DNA of 59,417 bases, counting the filler, from Basidiobolus ranarum (taxonomy: Eukaryota): the NCBI GenBank assembly GCA_040143965.1. It is 8 parts of 8 records of this genome, joined end to end, with 100 filler letters (N's around TTAATTAATTAA, not from the genome) between each part and the next. Parts side by side here need not be neighbours in the genome. Positions count along the whole stretch, not along the records: positions 22,358 to 29,697 come from JASJQH010008010.1; positions 29,798 to 37,129 come from JASJQH010008011.1; positions 37,230 to 44,560 come from JASJQH010008012.1; 5 more parts are not named here. The stretch is one strand, 5' to 3'. The position numbers and the translations under genes are program-made. A model generated the notes under the pieces. The model did no database searches, was not told where the DNA came from, and saw only the letters and a program-made list of their open reading frames with translations. This document shows, piece by piece, positions 26,186 through 37,730 of this stretch. Within the stretch, counting starts at the first letter, position 1; each line of letters opens with the position of its first letter.

Positions 26186-26908
26186 ATGACCTTCAAAAGT
26201 ACTGGCCTTTGGATCCTTTCAATATTAACCGCTTTGATAGCTGTTGTTGTAGTAGACCGTCAGTCAGGGTCAACACTTCGACTTGGTAACCGTATGTTCC
26301 ATAGTATGTGGACATACTTGGGACCCGTGATGGACGAGTGCTTAGCTCCTACAAAAGCCCCTCTGTTGAGTCTCGCCCAAGGCAAAGTTGTAGAAATTGG
26401 ACCTGGCCATGGCTCCAATTTCAAATACTTTGCCAAAAATAAAGTGACCAGTCTTATAGCAGTTGAACCTAACACTTTAATGCACCCAAAGCTTGTAGAA
26501 CAGGCAAAGGAGTATGGTCTTGATCAATTCGAGATAGTCGGAGCAATGTGGGAGAATTCTAACCTTGAAGAAGGTAGCTGTGATGCTATCATTTCCAACC
26601 TGGTACTCTGCTCAGTAGACAATTTGTATCATACTTTGGATCTAGTCCACAAATACTTAAAACCAGGTGGGAAGTTTATCTTTATCGAGCATGTTGGTCA
26701 TCCAAATGGAACTATGTGGCGAACAATGCAAAATTTAGTCACCCCATTATGGAAATATGTTGGTGACAACTGCCACTTAAATCGTGATGTAGCTCCCGCT
26801 CTAGCAGCTATGGATGGTTGGAAAGATGTGGAGCTGAAGGTTGGAGATATGTGTGGCAGTTTTCCTCTTGTCAACCCAAAGATATACGGCTATGCTACCA
26901 AAGTATGA
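26186..26908 (+). CDS. SAM-dependent methyltransferase, METTL7/TMT1-like, with N-terminal hydrophobic anchor, intronless
   Basis: VVEIGPGHGSNF, AVEPN..M, LVLCSV, LKPGGKFIFIEHV, W..VGDNCHLNRD. Confidence 0.88.
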   Translation: MTFKSTGLWILSILTALIAVVVVDRQSGSTLRLGNRMFHSMWTYLGPVMDECLAPTKAPLLSLAQGKVVEIGPGHGSNFKYFAKNKVTSLIAVEPNTLMHPKLVEQAKEYGLDQFEIVGAMWENSNLEEGSCDAIISNLVLCSVDNLYHTLDLVHKYLKPGGKFIFIEHVGHPNGTMWRTMQNLVTPLWKYVGDNCHLNRDVAPALAAMDGWKDVELKVGDMCGSFPLVNPKIYGYATKV

Positions 26909-27603
26909 ACGATCCTTCACTTTGGCATTTAAAAGCTGATTTCGAAATGCATTGGAGATACTTTTATTGTAATCTTCTCACATCAGTAATACCCTAGCAC
27001 TTTACATATATTCGATTGTTCAAAGTACTTGCTGTACTAAATAAATACCAAGAATTACCCACAATATCAGATGTCGTGAATCTACAATAGCTGCCTATTA
27101 CCCTCTAGTGCCATATTAATATATATATGCTAAATCTGCATGTGCATGTATTTCCGTACAGACCTCTTTAGCCAATGAGACGCAACAGTATGATTCAGAT
27201 GGATTTTGGGCCCAAACTGGTGTCCATTTATATGGCTTAAAATGTAGAAACTATAGGATCACTAAAACGCTTGGAAATAGACTGCATATTTTCAATATAT
27301 TTTTGAGCAGTCATCCTAGAATAGAATGAAGCCTGCTCATTCGTAGGGGTAGGGAGTCACATTTATATGCGATTAAGTCATAATTCTCCTGCTATAAATT
27401 GGTTAAATAGAGTATAGTGATGAGAGACATGAAGAATCGTCAACGTAATGGAGTATAAAGTTGGAGCTAATAGCGAGCCTTGCAAAAGTTCCAAAAGAGG
27501 AAGGCCTAGATTGGTACTTTACATGGAATTGCCAAGATGTGAGGCTTAGTTCATGGCAAAATCGCATTCTGATCTGGGCAATGCTTGAACCTTCACCATC
27601 AAA

Positions 27604-27868
27604 GCCACAAAAGCAAGACGCCCCAGGTAAAAGAAAAGGCAAGCAAAAGGAAAGCCAAGAATCAAATACTCTTCCTCCTCAGTTATCGCTGTAGGAGTAA
27701 AGTAAGATTTTAAAAAATATGTTGATCGTTTAGAAATCCCTATGTCCACAAAAAAAAACTAAAACGTCTAGTTTTACTGTTAGCATCCATCTCAATGCTT
27801 TTCTATGATTGTCTAATTTTGATTTCAGCTTGTCTAATTATTTTTGGCAATCGTTTAGTTTTAGGTTA
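27604..27868 (+). mobile_element. nuclease-less copy of the Fanzor element 3' end (candidate omegaRNA 'ghost' locus)
   Basis: Direct repeat of 25690-25926 (e.g. CTCTTCCTCCTCAGTTATCGCTGTAGGA, GTAAGATTTTAAAAAATATGTTGAT, TATGTCCACAAAAAAAAACTAAAACGTCTAG); same terminus TTTTAGGTTA, different flanks. Confidence 0.8.
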
Positions 27869-28582
27869 AAACCCTATACACCAAATAGTGTGCTCACCGT
27901 GATAAGTTTCATATCAGGCTATCAATCAACAGCACCGAGATGTTGTGCTGGCACATCTCTGGCACCTTAGATTACGTAAAATTGTCATCGTAGTGTACCA
28001 AGTATCACTGAAACTGGGTTGATTGCTAAAAACTGTACTAAAACTATAATCTACTGAGATAGAATACAGTCAACTTTGTAGGCATGCTACTACCAAGAGA
28101 AGACTAACTCCCTTCAGCCTTTATACTCTGGAAGATAAATGTTAATTTTCTAAACCTTGAACATGTTTTTACACCAATATTTTAGTCTTTGATTCATTTA
28201 CTAGTAGTTTTTACTGATATTTTGCTCTCGAAGATGTAAGTAAGGACAATGAATGAGGAGGGTATATTAATGAACATGGAACTAAAGTAAAATCAAGTAA
28301 ATATTTGATTACGACCGTTACGGAAAACAGACATACCGATGAAGAGTGTAGCTTATTGAGTTCTATTTTCAGTAAAATCAACGATGAATTAATGAATCGA
28401 TATTAAGAATATCTCTCAGCGTGGTAAGCTACACTTCGTATGGGCCATGAAAGATAATGTGCAATGTTCCTCTCACCTGCCTCAGGATATGAAGGATTCG
28501 TAAACAAAATGATTGTTTTGTGAATCGAAAAATATGCCGACACTAATGAATACATAATGGAGAGTTTTGTGTGATTCCTTTT

Positions 28583-29176
28583 TCATTCAGATGACATCCA
28601 CATTCCCCTATTGATATTTACAGAGTTCGTTTCTTGGTTAGAACCTTTCGGCACTATTGGCAACAATGGCAATGGCCGAAGCGCCATCGATGGTGAGTAC
28701 CCGCCGTCATCAGTTTGAATGGTAGAATATTCAGAAGAATCTCTTTGGCTAGATTCCTTGGTACTGGTTTCAGTGACCGGTATAGAGCTTTCCGAACTCC
28801 AAGATTGAATGGAGTTGGTTTTGTGAGGTAGAATCAGCTTAGACGTTGAAGGTAAAGGAGTGTTTCGGGTATCAGGTGTCAGATTAGGAATAGGCCTTTG
28901 TTGAACTAGAAAATCAATAAAATCATCACGCACTCCTAGCAATTGATTTGGGCTATCAGCATACTCCAGTTGAAAATCATCGAGTACTTCCTCAATAAGG
29001 CTTCGTGGATATTCACTGGTGAAGCGTTCTTTTGATAATATGCTGAGCATATCAATATCCAGGTCATTCATCCGTAGTTTTTTAAGCTCATTGAGTTGCG
29101 GATATCGAAGCTGTAGAGTGGTATGAAAGTGCTGATATAAGTGTCGCTTCTTGGAAATATAAAGGTCAGGTAGCAT
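28583..29176 (-). CDS. hypothetical protein (197 aa, Ser/Pro-rich C-terminal half)
   Basis: ATG-initiated long ORF; no family recognised. Confidence 0.45.
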   Translation of the reverse strand: MLPDLYISKKRHLYQHFHTTLQLRYPQLNELKKLRMNDLDIDMLSILSKERFTSEYPRSLIEEVLDDFQLEYADSPNQLLGVRDDFIDFLVQQRPIPNLTPDTRNTPLPSTSKLILPHKTNSIQSWSSESSIPVTETSTKESSQRDSSEYSTIQTDDGGYSPSMALRPLPLLPIVPKGSNQETNSVNINRGMWMSSE

Positions 29177-29879
29177 GCTTAAGGTGTATGTATGAATGGG
29201 TAGGCGAGGTATTGTAATGGAAGAGAGTGGTGGCTATACAGGCTGTATTGATTCACGTTAGTGTGTTAATGGTAAAGCTTAACTCTACTTAAAAAACACT
29301 AGAGCTAGGCGTGCCGAAGATTGGAGTAAAAAGAAGAACGAAACTCTTCATTCACCGCGCAACTAAAAAACGATATTCAGAAAGTGATATTCAAGAATGG
29401 GTTCAAATGTCAAATGATAAAGACCAGGGGTTGAGTTCAGGGACAAGGGAAATAGTCCAAGATTGGCGCTTAAAAAGTTAATCAAAGGAATTGACCAGTT
29501 GGGAAAGTGGGATTTCGAGACCGGGGAAGTTTAAATTGTTGAATGAGTAGAGGTGGGGCTTTGAATGACGAAGGAATCTTTTTTTACTATACCTTAGAAC
29601 GAATGATCGCTTTTTCATATTTCAATATGGATCGAATGTGGACTATTGAGGAGGCCAATCAACAATCCAACTCTAGATGAATTGATTAATGAATTATNNN
29701 NNNNNNNNNNNNNNNNNNNNNNNNNNNNNNNNNNNNNNNNNTTAATTAATTAANNNNNNNNNNNNNNNNNNNNNNNNNNNNNNNNNNNNNNNNNNNNATC
29801 AATTTGATTGAAATTGGGGCCAACTTTCTGGAGCACAAAACCAACAGATGACCATCACAATATCAAAGGTTTGCACTCT

Positions 29880-30780
29880 GCCAGAGATTTTAATGGTATG
29901 ATGGTGGCTTCTTAGTGGTATTCTGATGTTAATCACCCAAACAAAATACTTATCTTAAATGTATGGCTTGTATTATTCAATTTCCTACAATTTTTAGAAA
30001 AACCATTTTGAAGTAGCATAATACTGGGTTTACTGATATGGGAATTTGAATTAATATGCATGCTTTTATTTAGATATAGTTGGCTTTGTATTCCAGCCCT
30101 AATGTGAATCAAAAGATTAAAGGTTCTTGTTTATGTTGAAGTTAGCATTGCCTAAGCACCTATATAGTCATATATAGCTTAGTACTTAGTTATCTTATGA
30201 TTCACTAAGATATCATCCATTATTCTCAATTGAAATTTATTTAGAATATTCTTACCTACTTGGAAGTTCTTGGATATATGGACTTTTCAAACTTGTACTA
30301 GAAGCCCCAAACTTTGCACACATGTACCTGCGACCTATCTGAACACATTCTACACATTAGTTTACTTACATCTTGACAAAACTATAAATGTCAACTTTCT
30401 ATTCAATGAATCAATAAGCAAAAACCACTAATTCCTCTAATTCTCCAAATCACTTCCAACAGGCTCCCAAATACTTTGACAGTTTATTCTCTGCATATGC
30501 ACATTTTTGACTGATTGCACCTAACTCAATAATATCAATATTCTTTGCCAGCACACTAATGGTGGCAAAATTGCCAAACATCTGAAACCTAAATTCACAC
30601 TGACAGTTTGCAAATAGCTGTCTCTTGTTATCTTTGACAATGAGAATTGGCAATGGGTTTTGGCAAATTTCCAGAAAGAATTTGGCCAAGGTATCCCAAA
30701 CTAGCAATCAACAAGTTTCCTGCCATAAGTAGAAGTGTCATTGCTTGCTTAGAATACCTCATGGATAAAGCAACACTATT
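29880..30780 (+). repeat. degenerate interspersed repeat (host of the solo LTR); second copy at about 35770-36320
   Basis: Shared blocks such as TGCATGCTTTTATTT(A/G)GATAT..GCTTTGTATTCCAGCC, AAACATCTGAAAC, TTTTGGCAAATTTCCA and GTGTCATTGCTTG. Confidence 0.75.
30134..30481 (+). repeat. solo LTR of the copia family with 5-bp target-site duplication GTTTA
   Basis: TG...CA, 348 bp, homologous to 15390-15737; GTTTA at 30129-30133 and 30482-30486. Confidence 0.9.
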
Positions 30781-31155
30781 CCCTAACAGAAATTTGAGGA
30801 TTATTATTGTAGGAAAACCATCACAATTTTAATCCATTTGGGATCAACCATTTACTTACCATCATAAAATTGTCAAGTTAGATTTGATTTTAATCAATTT
30901 TTTCAGTTTCAGGAGTGAAATTTCAAGATCTTGCAAAATAGTTGAGCATGATTGGCTAAAATCTCAGAGAACTATGGATCAACACATATGTGAAAAATGT
31001 AACTCAAATTTTACACAATTACCACTTGAACACTAATTTGTCACCTTTGAAATCCCTAGTCTCTTTGATATATTCTCCCAAATATTTTTGTAGAGTTCTT
31101 CATACTCAAGGTTTAGCTCATAATCAAATTTGTTCTTCACTTGACTTCAAAATTC

Positions 31156-31781
31156 AGAGGGGGGTAGATGTAGTTAGATAGCAATGTTGCCCACTGGCAG
31201 GTTGACTTATTTCCACTCCAAGCTCATATCGTTGCTATTGCACAATCTCTATTTTATTATCCATATTTCACTTACCCATATGATCTAGCCAATTGTATCA
31301 CACCAATAGAATATCCCCTATTACTTCAGAGTTATCAGTATTAACCTATATTAGCCCTATTATTTTCTGGAAAATCTACAATCTTTTGGAACATTCCACA
31401 CAATTCTCGGAATATTTGACAATTGATTGAATTTTGACCAATCAAAAATTGATTTGGCTTGAACATTCCATAACTTTTGACATTATTCTATAATCTTCAA
31501 GAACATTCCACAGATTACTAATCTTATGATTTATGATGATATCATATCCCAAGATCCGCACCAATAGAATTTTCTGGAACTCTCTGGAAATTCTCATTAG
31601 GAATCATTTCTACCTTCAGAAAAGTATAAACAGGAGCAATATCTTTCACACAATAATCATCCTGGTATTCAACTAACAATCACCACTTGTGATCACCCCT
31701 TATTTTCATCACCAATATGCAACCTTTGAAGAGGAAGCCCAAGAGAGACTACTGGAGAGAGTCACAGGCTACTGTGTGACA
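31156..31781 (+). mobile_element. possible PPT + LTR of a Ty3/gypsy-like element
   Basis: Purine tract AGAGGGGGGTAGA followed by TG at 31169, a TATA-like GTATAAA near 31624, and a GTGTGACA end at 31781. No second LTR to confirm. Confidence 0.35.
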
Positions 31782-32789
31782 AGTAAGTAATTGACTGGCT
31801 CCAAGCAAGTACTGACAGGTAGGTGTTATATTTCTGATACTTTATATTTCTGTCTCTAGCTTTGTCTACATAGGCAAGAAACTTTTCATATCTTTGGATG
31901 AATCCCTACTAGTGCATCCTTGTTCAAGACCATGCTTGATAAGTTAACAGTTGTTTTTGATTGGATATATTCTTTTGATCTGATCATTCTCAAATGATGT
32001 TGAAGCCAGTATATTCTTTTGTCAGGAGCAAGCATATTATTCAATAAAAAGCTGGACATTACATTGTGGTTTATCAGTCCTTAGTCATTTCTAGATACTT
32101 GATTCCATCTTACAAAGGCCCAGGAGGCAAGAGACAGACCCATATTACAGTACATCCCAGAGTTATTCAACCATAGTTATTGCACCCTTTGTACACCTCA
32201 CAAAACCCTTGAGACATTTCAGTTATAGCTACCACCTACACCTAAAAGCAACTACACCAGTTTTCCCATGAGATATCTACTTTCATGTGCCCAAGCAATT
32301 TTGAGTCATTGTGTAGGCTTAATGGTCACACACATATTCTGCTCTGCCAGATTGTCATGGTAATGTTCAAATCTATTGTGTGGGATTCATTGAAATCACA
32401 TATGAAAATGGATGGAGGGAGCAGCATGTTGCTGTAGCTGAGGTACAGCATTCTGAAGCACTTGTATCATTGTTGAGTAACTCTCTAACTGTTGACTAGT
32501 TCCTTCAAAATTCTGCGTTAATTGCAATATTGTGATATTATTGGTTGTCATGGCCTGTATAGCAGTTTAAGTTTTGATTTAGGATCAAATACACATCATT
32601 ATGGTATTCTGCCTGACATTCCCTTGTTGTAATAATTCTATCCAATTTGTCTGTGGATGCATGTTCCATAGTTGTCAAAGTAAGCATTTTGGAGGTTGAT
32701 GATCTTGACAGTGTTTCTGAACTTGGCTCAACTATTGATTTACCATGTGATTGGGGGATAATGATCTCTTCACTTGCACTCAGCTTGTT

Positions 32790-33869
32790 CCATAACTACA
32801 TATAGCTGTGGAGTATATGGCACAGAAGTTTGTTGCTTAATTGCATGTTTGGAACAAAAGCTAGGAAAGTCTTTTGAGATGTATTCTCCTCCATTATCAC
32901 CCCTTAGTACCCCTAATTTTTGTGCTGATTCTTTTGCTAACATTACATTGTAGTTGGTGAATGTGGTTAAAGCTTCAAATTATCAATTGAGAAAGAACAA
33001 CCAATTATGTCTTGTTTTGTCATTAATACAGGGCTTAAAGTACTTTTGGTTACCTAGTGAGTCTTTCATGAGCCCACATAGGTCAGATTGTGACCAGGTC
33101 AAAATTCTGAGTGGATTTAGTCTCTCCAAAGCTTAGGCTTTCCACATCTGGATGGGCTTTAAGCTGGAAACCATTGTTTCTTGTTTGACATATGCTGGGA
33201 AGCTCCTGAATCAACACACCATGTTTCTGAGTCTTCTGTAGTGGTTACTGATACAGCCGACACAAATAGATGATTCTTATCAGTGCTTACTTGATTTGTT
33301 GATCCAATTTTAGCATTTTGGCAAAATACCTTTTTCTGCAATGTTACACTTAATGACCTGGTTTTTTACAATACTTGCAGATAAATAATATCCTTTGAGA
33401 GGCAACATTACTGAAGCCTGGGGGATGTTTTACACCTCCAAAAAGTTCCTGTTCTGCATCATTTTGCTGGGAACTAGATCTCCTTAATACCTCATTTAAA
33501 AGCCTAGTACCAACATATTCCATTGTGAAAGGCTTTGATCTAGATTCTACAGCAATTAAGAGGTTACCACACCTTTTCTACTAGGCTCCCAGGTGATTTC
33601 ACAACCAAGTCATCTAAATATAGAGGTGCTCCAATGGATGATTACTGATCTGCCAAAGTTCTTATCCAATTTAAATATGCTAGCTCTGTTGGTTCCTTTA
33701 GCTCTATTTCTTCCCCTGTAACATATTCATAAAGATCCTTGTCTTTGAGCACTATTTGCAACTTGAATTTCCAAAGGTGAAAGTTTTCTCCATTAAACTT
33801 CCCTGTTATATCAAATATGCTGGTAATAATATTGGTAGACATTCTTTTAACAGTTTGCTGGGGGTTCAT
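32790..33869 (-). mobile_element. Ty1/copia gag-protease-integrase remnant, heavily degraded
   Basis: Gag KFNGENFHLWKFKL, zinc knuckle CKYCKKPGH, protease WCVDSGASQHM, integrase SDLCG, DNGGEY and TSVPYTPQ, in copia order. Confidence 0.88.
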
Positions 33870-36800
33870 TACCTAAAAGAAGTGTTTGGAGAATAGGAAG
33901 TGTTTTGGACAAGATTTGGATTTACAAAACAGACACTTAAGTTTTATTGAATTAAAGGTATCCTATTTATAGCTTATTATGATATTGAACCATTAAACAT
34001 GCTTAAAATATAGCAAACAGGCCTGTAAAGCATGGGTGAAAGTTTCAGGTGATTTATAGAAGATTGAGAAATAGTAAAAATTGGTAAATTTATCTAATTG
34101 ATTTTTCTATTGATCAGAGCTATGACCACAGGTTTTTGAAAGCCAGAATTGAGTACTAAGCTACCTGAATATGGATAAACCAACTACTAGTCTAAGACCT
34201 ACTACATTTCTACTTCTAAAAGTGGAATCAGGCATATATAATTCATATTTGTCATACCCACCGTTGATTCCTTGACTCCATTCACTAATATAATCACCAA
34301 ATTATTGCTCATTGAACTGGTCCCAATTAGTCACCATAAAGCTGATGGTATTACCAATGTACTTGATGGATATCACTGATAGAATCTGAAAAGTCAAGGT
34401 TTCTTCTGAACACATATGTTGTATCATTGGCATTGGCTCTAGATAGTTTCTTACTACACAAACCTACCATAGGCAATGGTTGCATGCCAATAATTTCAGT
34501 TGACTATAAGCTTTTGACTTTTGGATGGTACAAGAGCCACAATTTTTGCATACTGTTAATTATTTATGGACCATCATCACAAATGCTTATAAATAACTTA
34601 TTGGTGCCATTGGTTGTGGAATTTGAATAGTTATCAAATGGAACCCAGATGACTGAATATTTTTTAATGCTACTGCATTTTGTTAATTGGTGACACTTCT
34701 GTCATTAGTAAACTTAAAGGCTCTTGTAGGAACCATGCACTACCATCTTGCTGCAAACTCTGTTAGATCAATGTAGTTTGCTCCACTAAGCATATGCATC
34801 ACTGCTGTCCAAGTACAACACTAAACTCTATGATTTTGCCATCAAAAGTTTTGTCAAATTTCTACATGCTCACTGATATCAGCTTGCCAAATAGGCAATC
34901 TAGCATCACACTTAGGGTTAGTTAAGAGCCTAAGAGTATCTTGTTAAAGAGGATCAGCTAAAGCCAGAGCTTCCCATTAGCTGCTATGTAATTGCTATTC
35001 AGTAATATTCAAACACTACCAACTCAGCAATATGGTAGAAAATTTAATCTGAACAACCCTGACAAGATAGGCACAATTTTGAAATTGAAGAGAAAATGCT
35101 TGAAAACATTGAGATACCATCACATCTTACCTGGACTCCAATTGAAATCCTCTCACTTGGGCATTTACTGGACTTGTTCCATTGTGCCAGGATTTATCAG
35201 ACCTTGATTCAATATATTGGAGTAAATGTGATTCAAATTGATCATGCTGGAGGGTGATGGATAGTGCCAAATTGTGCCGCATAAATTTTAGAATACTTTA
35301 TCCAATATGATATATACAGCACAATCTGTCACTATCACAGAGAACAAGTCCACTTAAGAGAAAGGACTGGAAGTATTGGATTTGTACTTGTTAATGCAGA
35401 ATCTTTATTGGATTTCTACCCAATGGGCAATCACAATATTGGGAGATGTTTGAGAATATTACTGAAACACTCTTATGCCATTGACTCAAATTGGCAGATC
35501 ATGAGGCAATACAGGAAGTGTGCAAATAATTAGCAATTAAATGTAAAAAATAACTCAAAGGCCTAAGGAAGATTGATTGAACCTATACCTGTATTCAATA
35601 CACTCCCTGTTGCATCTTTGACAGTGCTTAGATATTATAGGCCCTTATTGTAAGTTGTGGGAGTTCCCAATCCCTAACAAAGATAACATCAATTTGATCT
35701 GGACCAGATCCACCCTCCTGAATTACAAAATTGTCAGAAAACCATCACAATATTGGTGGTTTGCATTCTGACAGGTATTTTGATGGTGTAATGGTGGTTT
35801 CTTGATGGTATTTTGACAGTATTCATACATGTTAAAATATTGATCCTCATATTTGGCATGGGTTATTCAATATCTGACAATTTTTGCAAAAATCTAATTT
35901 ACAAATGGCAAATTACTGGGTTTACTACTGTAGCAATTTGAATTTAGATGCATGCTTTTATTTGGATATTTTTAGCTTTGTATTCCAGCCATAATGAGAA
36001 GCAAAAAATACAAGAATCTCACTGTGTTTAGTCTCTACATATGCACATATGAGACTGATCAGACATAACTCAACAACATCAATAATCTTTACCAACAAAC
36101 TAATAGTGGAAAATTGCTAAACATCTGAAACTTGAATAGTATTGACACTTGAAAAATAGCTGACTCTTGTTACCATTCAAAATGAGAATAAGCTTTTAGA
36201 TTTTGGCAAATTTCCATAAAGAATTAAGCCATTATATCCCCAACTTGTAGTCAACATATGTTCTGCCACAAGTAGATGTGTCATTGCTTGAATTGATTAC
36301 CCCATGGCTAAAACAATAATACTGCATATCTGGGGCTTATCCCACCAAGAGGTTGGCCTTGCAGCTTCCCTTGAAATACTTTCAGATAATCACACAAATA
36401 AGTTAGTCCAAATTATAGAGGTACCTACTCTGTGTCCATGGATTGGGCTTTGTTGCTGTTATTGTGCTCAAACAATGTGAAAACCCATGGGCACATTGAA
36501 AAGAGCCCTCTGTTATAAGGTTAGTAAACTCTGGAGTCTTCTTAACCCATCACATTAAATCCATCACTGATTTTTCTGATATATTGTTAGTCAGATTACC
36601 ATATGGTAATACTGACAATTTCACAAGGAGCATTATTTTGCCACAGATACACTCCATTGGGAGCTCCCAGAATGTATAGCTAGGGCCTATAATATCTAAG
36701 CATTGAGAAAGATGCAGTAGGGAATTTATTGAATACCAGCATAGACTCAGTCTATCTTGTTTAAACCTGAAATTAAGTTTTTCATATCTATTACAAAATT

Positions 36801-37229
36801 TTCACACAGTCACTGTATCAGCCTGAAATCTGTCAAAGTGAGTTGATGCCATGGATATTGTTGGGAGTACTGGTAAAATATGATGGTATTTTGACATTGT
36901 CAAGCATTTTTCCAATTGATTCAGACTTTGATCATATCTTGAATGGCTCATTCATATGAAATTTTCAACATATACCTGAGTAAGAATTATTGAAATGTTG
37001 CTGAATAGTAAGTGCCTAGTGCCCAATGGGAATCTCTAGCTCCAGCTGATCCCCTTTAGAAATATATCTTAGGCTTATGGCTAATTCCAAGTTTGATGTT
37101 AGACTGACTATTTGGTGAATGGATATCAGNNNNNNNNNNNNNNNNNNNNNNNNNNNNNNNNNNNNNNNNNNNNTTAATTAATTAANNNNNNNNNNNNNNN
37201 NNNNNNNNNNNNNNNNNNNNNNNNNNNNN

Positions 37230-37730
37230 ACTTTCTACTGGGTCGCCAAGGAAAGTGATCATTCTGGCTCCAAATCTGTGAGCATCAAGACTTGCTCTGG
37301 AAAGCAAATCGCCAAGGTCTCCAGGTCTTTCGCTGAGGCAGCTCGCATGGAGGGTACTGCTCGTTTAAATAACGGAAAGGTGATCAATCTTGACTGTGGA
37401 TGCAATGGTGGTTATAACTGCTTTACTACTATCAGTCAACCTTACGGTCTCGGTGCCAGAGATAACGCTTTGAAGCCCTTTGTTAGTGTTTCAGCTAACG
37501 ATATCCCTATTGGTTCTAAGCTTATGGTAAAACAACTCAAGGGGCTCAAGATGCCCAATGGACGCACCCACAACGGCTGTGTCCGAGTGGATGATAATGG
37601 ATGGAGTTTTGGTAACAATCAAATTGATTTCTTAGTTGGTGATAAGAAGTATTACAGTCAGCTTGATCGCCAGCATGGTAAATCTCTTAGTCGTGTCGAT
37701 ATAACTCGTTCCGATTGTAAACCACAATAA
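37230..37730 (+). CDS. 3D-domain (MltA-like) protein, copy 1, 5'-truncated
   Basis: TFYWVAKE..MEGTARL..LKPFVSVSANDIPIGS..HNGCVRVDDNGWSFGNNQIDFLVG; paralog of the next two genes. Confidence 0.75.
   Translation, partial: TFYWVAKESDHSGSKSVSIKTCSGKQIAKVSRSFAEAARMEGTARLNNGKVINLDCGCNGGYNCFTTISQPYGLGARDNALKPFVSVSANDIPIGSKLMVKQLKGLKMPNGRTHNGCVRVDDNGWSFGNNQIDFLVGDKKYYSQLDRQHGKSLSRVDITRSDCKPQ

Noticed and set aside
27461-27603. Upstream part of the 77-aa ORF as additional Fanzor coding sequence
   Set aside because: Similarity to the Fanzor copy begins only near 27604; the upstream residues lack the NRD motif.
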